Below are positions 28,301 to 40,851 of a DNA stretch of 64,000 nucleotides, in pieces. A program made the position numbers and the translations under genes. Position 1 is the first letter of the stretch, and each line of letters begins with the position of its first letter. The DNA is taken from contig CM120640.1 in assembly GCA_051362555.1 (NCBI GenBank), forward strand, positions 43,006,788 to 43,070,787. Direction: 5' to 3'. Below the pieces are notes generated by a model. It did not search any database and was not told where the DNA came from. It saw only the letters and a program-made list of their open reading frames with translations. Source of the DNA: Lingula anatina. Taxonomy: Eukaryota; Animalia; Brachiopoda.

Positions 28301-29130
28301 AAAGAATTATTGCAAATAAAAACGGTGTCATTGTTTCAGCACTCATACTGTCTACTAGATTTATTTGCCTCTAAAAGACAAAAATCCCTTGATACAGGTA
28401 GTTACACGGGGCAAACAAACAGCACATACTACACAGGACTACAGTTGTATTTTATTGAACTCAAGTACGCTTCAGTACTTTAAAAATGTTCACTTACCAC
28501 GAAACGCCCCTTTCCCCGATACGTTCACTTTGAAAGCTACCTAGAACGCATACCAAGTATAAGTGAACAATATTGAATTGAACTGAATATACATCAAATT
28601 AGACAAAGCGTAAGAAGTGGCAAACGACCTGAAATACTAAAGCATTGATCTAAAGAAAACATTCCCTTTTTGACCTGTACAAAACTCTTTCCGCATTTCC
28701 TTTCAATGGCATATTTGTATATGTAAGTACATTGACGACAAAATGATAAATAAACTTTTTTCTATAACATAGAAACTTTGTCTTTCTTTCTTTAGTTTCC
28801 TGTCTCACTTACTTTTCTGTAACTCTGGCACCCAGGCGTCATCATAGTGGTGCTCCCACATCTCTCTGGGTCTTCGCTGATCAGTTCACAATGGAATTTC
28901 TCCACACCAACTTGTATCAAGTTAAAGGACTGACATCTTGAATTGGACAAACAGACATTGGAACATTCACCTACGCTTCCAACATTATAAATCTTCTCGG
29001 TATTTCCAATAATACAGAGATTCTGTTCGAATAACCTTTCAAATTTACCCATTCGTAAATTTTTTGAGGATGCAAAGCCATTTATCAAAATGTTAATATA
29101 TAAGATTGGCGAAATAATCCACATTTTCAT
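25324..29130 (-). CDS. secreted PAN/Apple + fibrinogen-related domain protein, copy C (intact, 333 aa)
   Basis: Exons 29130-28813, 28540-28498, 26445-26299, 26062-25939, 25693-25324 total 1002 nt, open frame, same intron phases as copy B; intron 2 is enlarged by a Tc1 element. Confidence 0.9.
26622..28256 (-). mobile_element. degenerate Tc1/mariner transposon in intron 2 of copy C
   Basis: TA on both sides; imperfect TIRs CAGACTTGACATTAAATATGGAGTAT / ATATTCCATATTAAATGCCAAGTTTG; decayed transposase on the minus strand ([11 protein letters not shown], cf. SPDLNPIENLW); absent from the same intron in copies A and B. Confidence 0.82.
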
Positions 29131-29711
29131 TTTGTGTCTGACGTTTCAGTAGGCCCCTATAAGAAATTCTGCATTATTTTGAAACGAACTTTAATCCCGA
29201 TTTACAAGTATTTTTAGGCAGAAACAGAGAGCTCCGTGTTTTATGCTGACGGTCGATATTAGAGCAGTGACGTCCTACATTAATAACGAGAAAGAGTATA
29301 ACATCATTTTTCATGGAATTAGGAAATTCAACTACTGTAGAGTATAGTGCATTTAGTCAGAGGAAAGGTCTACTTTATCATGCTTTTTTTTTAATACAGT
29401 GGCAAAATTAAGTGCTTACGGGTATGGGGATTCGGGTCACTAGGCCCTAGGAATCCCTGTGCACAAACTAGAACTCATTGGTCTAATCTTATTTTGCAGA
29501 AATACTTAAAAACTTGTTATGTAAAAATGAATTGATTTCTCTTTACGTTTCAAAACATTTTTAGGAATTATTATTTTGAAACTAAAGTGTCTTTTAGAGT
29601 ATTAATGAAGAACAATCTTAGTTTATAAGACTTTCTCCAAGTTGATTTGCTTTCTTTTAACATTGCACAACTAAAATCTTTGAGTTGCAATTCTACTGAA
29701 CAAACTATATA

Positions 29712-30975
29712 CAACATTGGTCAAAAAGGTTGTCCCACCCCCAGCTTTTCTTTATTAATAATCACCTCACCGGTGAAATTTGTAATAAATAGTGATTTTC
29801 ATTCCAGTTACCATTACTAACATGATTAATGGAACAAAATACAAACTAGCGGTGAATATATCAATATTTAATACCATTTATTCACATTAAACACATGTAC
29901 CCCCTTAAATCGGGCGTTTCACTGTGATTTTCACAGAGGCAAAGAAATGTCCATTATATTGAAAAGACACCACCAAATGTCACCAAATTTACACACATTT
30001 AACTTTAGGGTGTGTTCGTTAAAGGTCACGTGTCTAATAGCGTGTGTGTCTACCGCGTACTGTAATTATCTCCTGTGGCCTGCCTTCAACAATGCTCTGC
30101 AAACGTGGACTGACCTGACACCTCAGGCGGTATTATTTTGCACACACCTTTCAAAAGCATTCTGCAACATGTCTACGGGCTCTAATTTGACCATCGAAGA
30201 CACACGAGAAATACCTTGAGTTTTCAGCAAAACCCAACTTGTTCCTAATGATGGTTAACCAAGTTCTGGTAGTTCTGTGGTCACTGAACCTAACATTACC
30301 AACTGATATCATTCTGTCTGCAAGAGGGGACTTGTGATCCAGGCTTCATCATGACAGCACACTTGCACACTGATCTCTTAGTGATTTGTTGCAGAAACCC
30401 AATGTTCTGAGGCTGGAGAAACCATCTTTGAGCCCTGATAATAAACCTACTGAAGACCCGTGGCATGATTTGCAGTGTGCAATCCAGAGGAGAACCAAAC
30501 TCCACACCCCGAACCAATTCCACCAAAATTTTAAGGAAAAATGGAACAATGTCTTACAAAACATAATTGTCACCCTTATCAAAGGCAGTGGCGTCGTCTA
30601 CAGGAGATAATTACAGTACGCGGTAGCCACACACGCTAATAGACACGTGACCTTTAACGAGCACACCCTAATGCTAAATGTGTGTAAATTTGGTGACATT
30701 TGATGGTGTCAATTCAACTTAATGGGCATTTCTTTGCCTCCGTGGAAATGACAGTGGAACATCGGGTTTGAGGGGGTACATGTAATAAATGTGAATAAAT
30801 GGTATTAATTATGGATAAATTCACCGCTAGTTTGTGTTTTCTGTAGCACTAATCATGTTAGTTGTGGTATCTGGAATGAAAATCACCATTCATAGCAATT
30901 AACTCCTGTGATGTGATCATTTATAAATAAAAGCACATGAAACTGGGGGTGGGACAACCTTTTTGACCAATGTTG
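29712..30975. mobile_element. Tc1-derived palindromic element with ~370-bp inverted arms
   Basis: TA-flanked; perfect terminal IR CAACATTGGTCAAAAAGGTTGTCCCACCCCCAG; arms ~29712-30078 and ~30600-30975; transposase remnant HHDSTLAHT...SLSPDNKPTEDPWHDL in the middle. Confidence 0.85.
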
Positions 30976-32277
30976 TATTATGTGCATTTTAACGTCAGAT
31001 GCAAAAAGACAGGGAACTAGCGTATTAAGCAGCCGTAATAGTTTCTATTCAGAAATGAAAATAATTACCATTTTTGGATAATGATTTAAGCTTGTAAGCT
31101 TTTCTTAAATCAACAGTATCTCGGCAATTCAGCTTTGATGCGTGTTATGTCATCCAGTACATTGCTTTTAAAAATCATATTACCACCGCACCATGCCCAT
31201 CCGGGCAGCGCGTCCAACAATCTGTTTGAGTGCATTTGTGGCAAAAAAATGTTCTGTTTTTCCTAGATTTCATAAAAACAACTGTGTTTATAGTACATAA
31301 ACTTGTGAAAAATCCAAACATTTTTTTCTTATTTGAAACAGTTATGCCATATTAAACTAACAGGCATTTACATTATGTCATTGAAGGCATTTGATCAGAT
31401 CACAAATGAACTGTATATAATCTATATAACATCTCTCCCTCGATCACAGAACTGCGACAAAGCATGATTATGGATGAATCAGTTCAAAACCGACCTTTTG
31501 TCAATCATGAAAAAAATATTTGTAAGACAATTATAAATGGTTCTAGGGCATCATTAGTATTGTTAAATGGGTGGACATTTATCATTAAAATTCATTACTT
31601 TGAAGAGACTTTGGTTTCTAATTTTGGCGTCTCAGCCTTAATTAAAAATTTGAATTTAAGACTGAGGATTAATTGTATATCACTTCCATGATGTAGTTAT
31701 ATTTTTTTATTATGTGACATGTGAAGAATACGAGTATACAAATCAACCGTCCATCCGGGGCTATAAGTCATCGTACTTTGTATATTTATCAAAACCTTAT
31801 AATTAAGTAAAGTTATTGGTTAAACAAAGAGCAAACACAATAAGATATATGAAAACACAGTAGTAACAGCAGTAAAGTAGTGATTTATGGTACGTTTTGT
31901 ACATATTTATGTCTAGGGGCCTGGATAATACTGATTCACTGAACTAAACCTATTCTTTAAACAGAGTGCCATATCTTGCGGTTTATTTAGAATAGAATCT
32001 TTATAATAGTTTTAGATAACTCCTCACAAGTAGGGCATACACCAAAGCGAAACCACCAAAGGAGATGGGTAAATTTATTTCGGTTTAATTCATCCCAGGA
32101 ATGATTATTCGCCCAAAATTTCATTATAAAAATTACAGTGTGTAACCATATATAGCGTGAAGAAAGCCTGAAACTAGAATTTAAGGGCTAGAGTGTAAGC
32201 AGCTTGAACGGCTTAAAGCACACGGATTTCTTATTGGCGACTTGATAATGTGCACACTCCAATCGTCTTTATTCACT

Positions 32278-32320
<43 letters not shown>

Positions 32321-32949
32321 TTTGTGTGAGGGGTGCAAATAAATTATAAGTTCCACTATTGTATTCATATGCAGTATTGTTGAAAAATGAGAGACAAATG
32401 TAATAAAAAACCAAATAATCCATCAGGAAATGAATTGCCCTTTTACAGGTGAAGCAAATATTTATGCATGCTGACAAAAAGGTGACTGGTACAATATGTC
32501 TTGTTACCACCGAGCGGAGTACGTGAATTTTGTGAAGAGCGACTTGATTTACTCTGTTAGATCTATTTTTGGAAAATAAGGACTGAAGATGTACATTAGT
32601 TTTTCAGTTTTTTTAAATCAAATTGTGTGGGTGAAATAATGAAGTAATCAGTCGTTTTATCCCTGTGTTTACTTGTTGAGATGAATATATATATATTCTT
32701 ACAGCGTTTATTTGACAGAATAAATTTTGTGAATTGTAAGATATCTCCTTGTCCACCTCTTTTTAAACGATATATCTGTCTGGTACAAAGTAATTGAATT
32801 GAACAAATGTAGATAACAAGTTACCGTTTTTTTTTCACTGAAAGGTAAGGCTGTTTTTTAACATAAAAGTCTTTTATGTCTTTGAAATATATCTTTCAAC
32901 TGTGACTCGTAAAGTTCATCACTGGGACCGAACATGTTAGTTCTGAGAG

Positions 32950-33768
32950 TCAGTTTTCACTTGGGTTGGGCTTAATTTGCATCACCGTATAGTTAAGCCT
33001 CAAAGGTGTATTAGAAGGAGTACTCCAACGTAGATAGTGTAGAGGTGTGTTCAGCACGGCACTACCACACCAATTCATCCACCAACCACTACTATAAATA
33101 ACTGCGCAGTTACCACTAGGATTCTCATCATTGTCACGATCGAACGTGGTGAATGCCATCCTGTTCGCTGTCCACTTGGATGGATTTTTGGAGCCGTTAG
33201 TCAGTAAATAAGTGACGTTTCCAGAAAAATCTCCATCAATTTGTAATCTGTAGTTACGAGCTTCGACGTCAATTCTGAAGGAACTGTACTGAGCCCAGAA
33301 ATACGAGTTATTTTCACTGAAAAAATAGTTTGAGTAAAGTTCAGTACTTTTTTCTACATACATTTCGAAAAACAACACAAATGTACTAACATAAATCTTC
33401 ATAAATACAAACACAAAAGAAAGATGAAGGTGATGTCACAATAAATATTACAGTTCTTAAAAATGAAAATGTCTTTAAAATGTATTTTAGAAAATGTTTT
33501 AATGCCTGATGTATTTCTTGTTCACAATGGAATTTCTCCACACCAACTTGTATCAAGTTAAAGCACTGGCATCTCGGATTGGACAAACAGGCATTTGAAC
33601 ATTCGAGTACGCTTCCAACATTATAAATCTCCTCGGTATTTCCAATAATACAGATATTCTGGTCGAATAACATTTTGAATCTACCTATTCGTACTATTAT
33701 AGAAGACTCAGTGCTATTTATCAAAATGCTAATAAATAAGTTGGCGAAACTACCGTCCACATTTTCAT
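32950..33768 (-). pseudogene. PAN-FReD copy D, internally deleted
   Basis: Exon 1, frameshifted in the signal peptide, is cut after FHCE at ~33520 and fused to intron 4; exons 2-4 are missing; exon 5 (~33316-32950) is still open. Confidence 0.85.
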
Positions 33769-34429
33769 TTGCGTCTTTAGTATAAAAAAAGTTTGCAGTA
33801 TTTTGAAACGAAATTCAATCCCGTTCTACTTTCTAAGCAAAAAAAGAGGGCTCTGTGCTTTTATGCTAACGGTCGATATTCGCACAGTGACGTCATACAT
33901 TATTAGCGCAAAAGGCTCCTACATCATTTTTCATTGGCTCGCAAGGGATAACGGATTTCAACTAGTACAACGTGAATTTAGCCAGGAGAAATTCCTTCTC
34001 ACTCATGCTTTTTTGAATACAGTCTGCGGCAAATTTAAATACTATAGCCATGGGGCATTCGGCTCACCAGGAACCCCTTAGCACATCCCAGAACTCATTG
34101 GCCTTGTTTAATGTTATTTTTCAAAATTACTTAAAATCTTGTTAATTAGAAATGAATTTGCCTTATTCCAAATAAGAACAAATTATTGATTTTATGTACT
34201 CTAAACACTGTGCAGCAGTTTTTGTGAAATCCAGGAAAAACAGAACAGGCTGTTATGTTAGAACAACAAGCCATGGGACCCCCCCCTCAGTTAATCAAAT
34301 ATTTCAAAAACATAAAGATAATAAGAGAATACTACCAGACTTTTTGTCGTGATCCTGTGACCGTGATCAAAAATTTCATTAGCTTGTTAGTTAGATTTTA
34401 TATGATACACATGTAATTATCAAACACAA

Positions 34430-34680
34430 GCTGAAATACTTTCGGACTGGCCATCCATTTCCCATCCCACGCAAGACAAGAGAGGCTATCAATATCAGCC
34501 GTTACCAGCCACCCATGAATAGGGACCGGGGGGGGGGGTCGATCTACTTAAGATTTAGAAGAGGGTCATGATCGCTATACCACCTAGCGGTGAGTGTCTA
34601 GTAACATCTACTCACAACAGTGTGATGAAGGCCTACGTTCAGGTTGGCCTTAAGGTAACGGTATGAAATATTTCGGCTTG
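34430..34680 (+). mobile_element. Penelope-like retroelement 3' fragment (end of the GIY-YIG domain)
   Basis: RKTREAINISRYQPPMNRDRGG matches the REAIxI...PxMNRDxG C-terminus of Penelope endonucleases; followed by TGATGAAGGCC...GGCC...GAAA. Confidence 0.65.
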
Positions 34681-36890
34681 TATTTGATAATTATCATATA
34701 TTATAATAATTCAAGGGTTTTTCGGAATTAGTCTTTTGCAAAACAGTGCATGCCAGTAAAGTTTTGTGTGTTACCTTTGAATTCCGTTAAAGACATCATT
34801 ATAGAGGTTCACCTTTACGGCTAAAAGGTAAGATCACCTGACACCACCAATAGATAAAAAGTGTATCCATTTTCTAAATAACTGTAAATAATTGAGATGT
34901 TTGAGTGAAAATCACTTTGTCCAATTCTGCAATGAACCAACCAGAAATCATAAGTACCCCGTTGCAAGTTGGGTTCAAGTTGTTTTGAAAGGCAAAATCA
35001 GCTACTTATCCAATTCTTGCTAGACCAACGGCCTTTTTAGACGCTGGTGTCCAGACACAAAACCAGCAGTCTGTCAACCAAATGGTCAATACTGGCAGTA
35101 AATACAAAATATCGTTGGCATATATTCATCTACCTTAGTTATTTAAAAAGGAACTGAAATATTGAAAATGTATATTTCATGATATATTTTATATTTACCA
35201 AAGGAAATTATTCTTTATCCATGTGCCCCCCCCCCCCCCCTTCACACACAAACAAACACATTTAGCAAAAACCTGGATCCACCAGTGCTTCTGCTTTGTC
35301 GACCTGGAATTCGTCATGTAGGCCCTACTGGTAAGTAGGTTTTAATGGATAAATTCGAATTACAGCTGATTTCCTTTTTTATACGGGCTTACATGTACTT
35401 GTGCTAACGTACTCTTCACTTAAAGTCAATGCGATTAATAATATGCTACAGTTAGTATATATTTAACTAACAGATATTTACCGATATATTGTGTCATTGA
35501 TGTCCTTTGATTAGATAATATGTTGATGCATCAAAGAGCTGCGACAAAGCAGGATTATGGATACAGATTGAGAATTAAGGCGAGTGTCAGCATTCATTTC
35601 ATTGCATTGCGTCACAACAGCCACAATGATTTACCAACTGCAACTGCAATACGCAAATCATGACCAGGTGCTCAATACATGCAGCTTTTTTGCTTTCGAA
35701 ATTAAAAACTTATAAAGAGGAGGAAGACCTGCATTACGAAAGGATTGATTCAAAAAGATCAACAAGTACAAGAGGACTAAAAAAGGTGGTTATGGAGAGC
35801 TCTCCCTAACTACATGTTGATGTTGACTTATTATTTTGAAATTGTTGTCAATGAGGAATTGGAGAAAAAAAGGAAAGAAGTTAATTGCAATATTTGTCGT
35901 GCATATTAAATTAATTTAAGTTTTTCTTTTGGTAAAATATTTTGCTCTCAGTCGGTCTAAGTTGCTTTATTGATGAACGTGATGGCACAGCGTTAAATTT
36001 AGCTCATGGCTGTTTAAGATATTTTCGCAATACATGTTAAATGGATTCTGATTAGCATTTTCAAGTGTTTGTAATGTTCATGTAAGTGACCCATTGCCAA
36101 CAATGACAATGAAATTATTATCAAGGCAATCACAATTCGCTCCAGTGGATTAATAATAATGATAATACAACGAGATAAGCCACCGGCCTTTTTTCTTTGT
36201 AAGAGGCAACTCTGTTGTCTAAAACCGATTGCAATTTTGCAGAGGGTGATTTTCAACGTTAATTACTTTAGACATATATGTGCCTCGTCTTCCTATGAGA
36301 AACGACTGTCAACTCAAATAATATGTTGCCAAAGCAAGGAAACACAACGACAACGACAGTATCTCAGAGTCGAGCCATATGTGCCAATATGCAAATTATG
36401 TAGGAATATCGCATGCTTTTCGTGGAGAGCGCAGAACTTTAATTTGGAGATTGAGTCAATTCCTGCAAAAAAACTACGGAAACTAATTCACGGCTATTGT
36501 ATTGACAATTTAATTTGCACGCCACTGCAACAAATATGTATGCGCAGTTGTGTGCGCGTGTGTATGTGTGTTTGCGTGGGGGTGCAAGTAAATCCATTGC
36601 ACACACACAGTCGAAAAATGAATGCAAAATGAAAAAGATACACGAGTAATCCATTAGGAAATGGATTACGCGTTAACAGGTACTGTCAAAAGAGACAAAT
36701 AATCAATTACGTATGAACGCCAAACAGGTGACTGGTACATGATATCTTGTTATCGCCGAGCGGTGTATTTTGTGAAGAACGACTTGATTTTTGCTGGTAG
36801 CCCTACATTGTTGGAGGTTTTTAATACTGAAATGCAGAGTGCAGACAATAAAATGCACACTCGAGAGATTCCGGGTACCTCAGCAACATA

Positions 36891-38543
36891 CAGGGTTACC
36901 ACTTAATATGGAATATTATTTTTTGGCGAGTAAATTTTCTACAAAATATTTAATTTCTCTCTAACTACTTTAAATCCAAAGCTGAGGTGTCACTCCATGT
37001 GTAGCCATGTGTGCTACCTAATAACCACACAGCTTTCGAAACAATTGATGCATGCAGTTGCATGTTCTGTGGTCAGAAATTTGAGGGGTGGTCTTTCGGC
37101 AATTTATGCCCTTGTATAAAAATGCATGGGTTTGGTCAATCTGTGGAGTGTGTTTAGAGAAGCAAGAAAGGGTTTTTTTCTGAAACTTGACAGGTACCTT
37201 AGTGAAGATATGGTTCGACAGGTAAGCAACGCAGCGTACTATGGGATTCTTGCTCTTAGAGAAAATGGCCAGAAACGGACAGCCATTGCAAGGTAATTCA
37301 ACATTCATCAGGAACCGTTTGTAAAGTCCCCCAAAGAAATGTTGCAACAGGGGCAAAACCTTGATCAGGGTGTCCGCGTATCACACCAAGAAGACAGGAT
37401 AGCCTTCTCCTTAGAGGACGCCGTGCTGGTCGTACAAAGACAACCAGTGTTCTGAGAAAAGAGAGGCAGAATGTCATTCAAACGTACGCCTGTTCAAGGT
37501 CCCTCGTGAACAAGAGATTACTGCAAGCCGGTTATTTTGCACAAACGCCAGTAGGGAAACCACTGTTAACAGCAGGTCATATACAGCGACGTCAGCAATG
37601 GGCTGGGGGCCACGTGCGTTTGCAGCCAAAACACTGGAATCAAGTCGTTTTCAGTGATGAGGCCAGATATGGATCTTTTAGGGTTGATGGTCGAATTCGT
37701 GTCCACTGACGTGTACGAGGGGCATAAAACAATGATTGTGTACTGCCTAGGGTGCAATTAGGGGGTGGTAACGTCTCTGTTTGGGGAGCATTTCATGTCG
37801 GTGCCCAGAACCAGTTGGTTTTTCGAGGAGGCAACCTCATCCAGGATTCCTACAGAGATATTCTACAGCAAGCAATGCTTCGATTGGTAAGAGTCATCTT
37901 CAGGAACAACTTTGTGTACCAAGACGACTGCGCAACCCCACATCGAGGCCGCAGAATCACTGTTTTTCTTCAAAACCAATGGGTTCAGCAACTGTCCTGG
38001 CCTGCAAACTCTCCAGATATGAACCCAATTGAAAAACTATGGGCAAAAGTAACTCACAGAATTAATAGCTATGGTCATCGGCCGGTAAATAGTGATAAAC
38101 TGCGAAAGGCAAATATCACTGCGTGGAATGATATCCCCACCCAAACTCTAAAAAACGTGTCACAGGGTATGCCATGTAGGATGAGGGCGCTGCAAGCGGC
38201 TGCTGGAGGTCATCCCCTTAATTGCTGACTTTTCATGCTTTACTGTAGTGAGTTCTTTGTCTGTGTAACATATCACTGTCCGGAAGCTACCATTTTCTTT
38301 AATATCTTAGCTAAAATTAATACTGACATCAAACTGTTGATATGGTTTTCTGGGGGTGTTACTTTCTTTTGAATGGCATCTTATGTCAGATTTGATATCA
38401 TTGACCAAAATATCTCACAACAGAAGACTGAATGTTTTTATCACTTAGTGACATACTTTTTTTAATGACTCAAGCCAAAAAAAATTTAATCAGCACTCAA
38501 AAATAACAATGATAAAAATATTCCATATTAAGTAGCAACCCTG
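36891..38543 (+). mobile_element. Tc1-like (DD34E) DNA transposon, near full length
   Basis: TA flanks; TIRs CAGGGTTACCACTTAATATGGAATATT / AATATTCCATATTAAGTAGCAACCCTG (2 mismatches). Confidence 0.92.
37210..38228 (+). pseudogene. disrupted Tc1 transposase
   Basis: WNQVVFSDEARY, GGGNVSVWG, YQDDCATPHR, WPANSPDMNPIEKLW (34 residues between the second D and E); internal stops and frameshifts. Confidence 0.9.
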
Positions 38544-38675
38544 TACATGTATTTAATGTCTGAACTAATGAGAAATAGTTTTATGAGATAGCCTTTTTTC
38601 AGATGCATGTAGGCCCTATACACTCACAGCATGCATTCAGTCATATCTATAATTAAGATATATATATATATATAT

Positions 38676-38842
38676 CAGGGGCGGATTTAGGCCGTCTTCT
38701 GGGTCTTCCGGAAGAAGGTCAAATTTTCATGTTAACATTGACGGGTATCTAATTTTTTTGTCGGAAGACGGTCAAAAACGAAGAATGGATCACCAAAGAT
38801 AATTTGGAAGACTGTCAGAAAATATATCTGAATCCGCCCCTG
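38676..38842. mobile_element. MITE, 167 bp
   Basis: TIR CAGGGGCGGATT / AATCCGCCCCTG with TAT on both sides. Confidence 0.75.
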
Positions 38843-38884
38843 TATATCACCCACTGCTTGAGTATTATTAAATCCTTCACATAC

Positions 38885-39409
38885 CGCGAAACGTCCTCTT
38901 TCCTGCAGCGTGCACTTCGAAAGCTACCTGAAACATATACTAACCATTACAGAACAATATTGGACTGAAATGGACATCGGCAATTTAGTTGAAATTAAAG
39001 TAGCAAATGTAACATTTGTGACATAACGATAGATAAACTTCATGGCTTTGCTTTCTTTGTGCAGTTTTCTCTCTCACTCACTTACTTTTCTGTAACTCTG
39101 GCACCCAGGCGTCATCATAGTGGTGTTCCTACATCTTTCTGGGTCTTCGCTGATCAGTTCACAACGGAATTTCTTCACACCAACTTGTATCAAGTTAAAG
39201 GACTGACATCTTGGATTGGACAAACAAGCATTGGAACATTCGAGTACGCTTCCAACATTACGAATCTCCTCGGTATTTCCAAAAATACGAACATTTTGTT
39301 CGAATAACCTTTCAAACTTACCGATTCTCACTTTTTTAGAGGTCGCAAGGCCATTTTTCAATACAAAAATAAAATATAAGATTGGCGAAATTACTATCTG
39401 TATTTTCAT
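38885..39409 (-). pseudogene. PAN-FReD copy E: exons 1-2 only (signal peptide + PAN + linker)
   Basis: Exon 1 39409-39086 is open with a GTAAGT donor; exon 2 38927-38885 (VAFEVHAAGKRTFR) has intact AG/GT; no FReD exons lie between it and the unit's 3' flank at ~36550-36830. Confidence 0.7.
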
Positions 39410-39803
39410 GGTGAGTCACGTTTTAGCTTTACAAAATTTGCAGTACGAACTACAACCCCGTTGTATTCCCAAAGCAGAAACAGAGAACGTTGTACTTGAT
39501 GCTGACGGTCAATATTTGAACATTATCAGTATTGCTTTCTATTGTAATACGATAACGTTATGTCACACATTTTTAACGAAAAAGTATTTTCCATCATTTT
39601 TCATGGTAGTACGCTAGGGAATACGGGCATCTACATGCACCTGTTTATATTGCAGATATAATATTACATTGAATAATACGATGAGTTCGACAAGCAGGTC
39701 TATCAATCATTACTCACACATGATATGAATGCAGCACGTGGTACATGTATATTTAAGTAGTTATAGCTATCGGCCATTTAGGCCACCAAGGTCTAGGACT
39801 TCA

Positions 39804-39963
39804 CGGGGGCGTCTCGATAGTCCGAAGGTTCATTGGTCCGAAAAGTGGTAACATTTTCATCGATTTTTAAATCAAGGGTTCATTGGTCCGGAGGTTCTAT
39901 AGTGAACATTCGGACCAATGAACCTTCGGACTATTGAACCTTCGGACTATCGCTACGGCCCCG
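39804..39963. mobile_element. foldback/MITE built from a 16-bp subrepeat
   Basis: CGATAGTCCGAAGGTTCATTGGTCCGAA on the left; TTCGGACCAATGAACCTTCGGACTAT...CG inverted on the right. Confidence 0.7.
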
Positions 39964-40129
39964 AGTCCACTGGCAAAAACCGAAATTCACTGGCCCAAAT
40001 CTAATTTTGAAAGAAAGAATATTAAATTTTGGTATTTAAGATTGCATGGGAATTTTGCTCCCAATAAGAGCAAATGTTTGGTTTTTTCAATTGTTTTGTT
40101 CTCTGCTTTTGAAGTTGGGTCTGCAAGAC

Positions 40130-40406
40130 ATTGAAGAAGTGCTGCACCGCAGTAGACACCGATGGTTTGGGCATATAGAGAGAAGCGACGGTTTAACCGC
40201 GTGAGAGAAGTTGAAGTAGTGGAAGATAGAAAGAGGCCTGGCAGACCAAGGTTAGCTAGGAAGGACGTGGTGAGAAGAGACAGGGAAGCGCTTGGTCTAG
40301 TCGGCGAGGACCCTCAGGATAGATCAAGTTGGAGAGGAAGACTGCGTATCAGACTGGCCCCACCCTCTGTTGAGGATTAATCCCGGCCAGTATAAAATAA
40401 ATTCGG

Positions 40407-40472
<66 letters not shown>
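40130..40472 (+). mobile_element. RTE-clade LINE 3' end with (ATT)n tail
   Basis: RHRWFGHIER...RPGRPRLARKDVVRRD...QDRSSWR is typical of the RTE ORF C-terminus; (ATT)n at ~40408-40471. Confidence 0.8.
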
Positions 40473-40473
<1 letters not shown>

Positions 40474-40851
40474 TTCGGCCATTTCAAAGTCGAAAGAGAA
40501 ACAAGTTATAAACAAATAACTGCCTTAATGCTCTATTATGTGTGACAGGGCCTTAAAAGAATAGGGGCTAAAGCTTTGCATTTATTTCATTTTGCGTCAG
40601 TGCAAATAAAGATGTTTATTCCTATTTATTTATTTATTTATTTATTTTTCTTAAGGGGCAATTTTTATTGGCTATAATTAGGTGTGTATGGACAGGGAAT
40701 TAGATCGTATACGATATAATCGTCTGAACTAAGTTTGGTTGTTATAAACAGGCGATATATCACCTCGCCTTACTGCCCTACTAAACATCCGACTTGGGAT
40801 GTGGGCTATCTTGGGCGGCCCTCCACCTATGCTAAATGAATCTAAACAAGC

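Noticed and set aside
32950-33414. 154-aa ORF as a stand-alone FReD gene
   Set aside because: Its first ~32 codons are intron 4 sequence read through the acceptor; it is exon 5 of deleted copy D.
36014-36654. Overlapping 70-157 aa ORFs between copies D and E
   Set aside because: No motif, splice pattern or compositional support.
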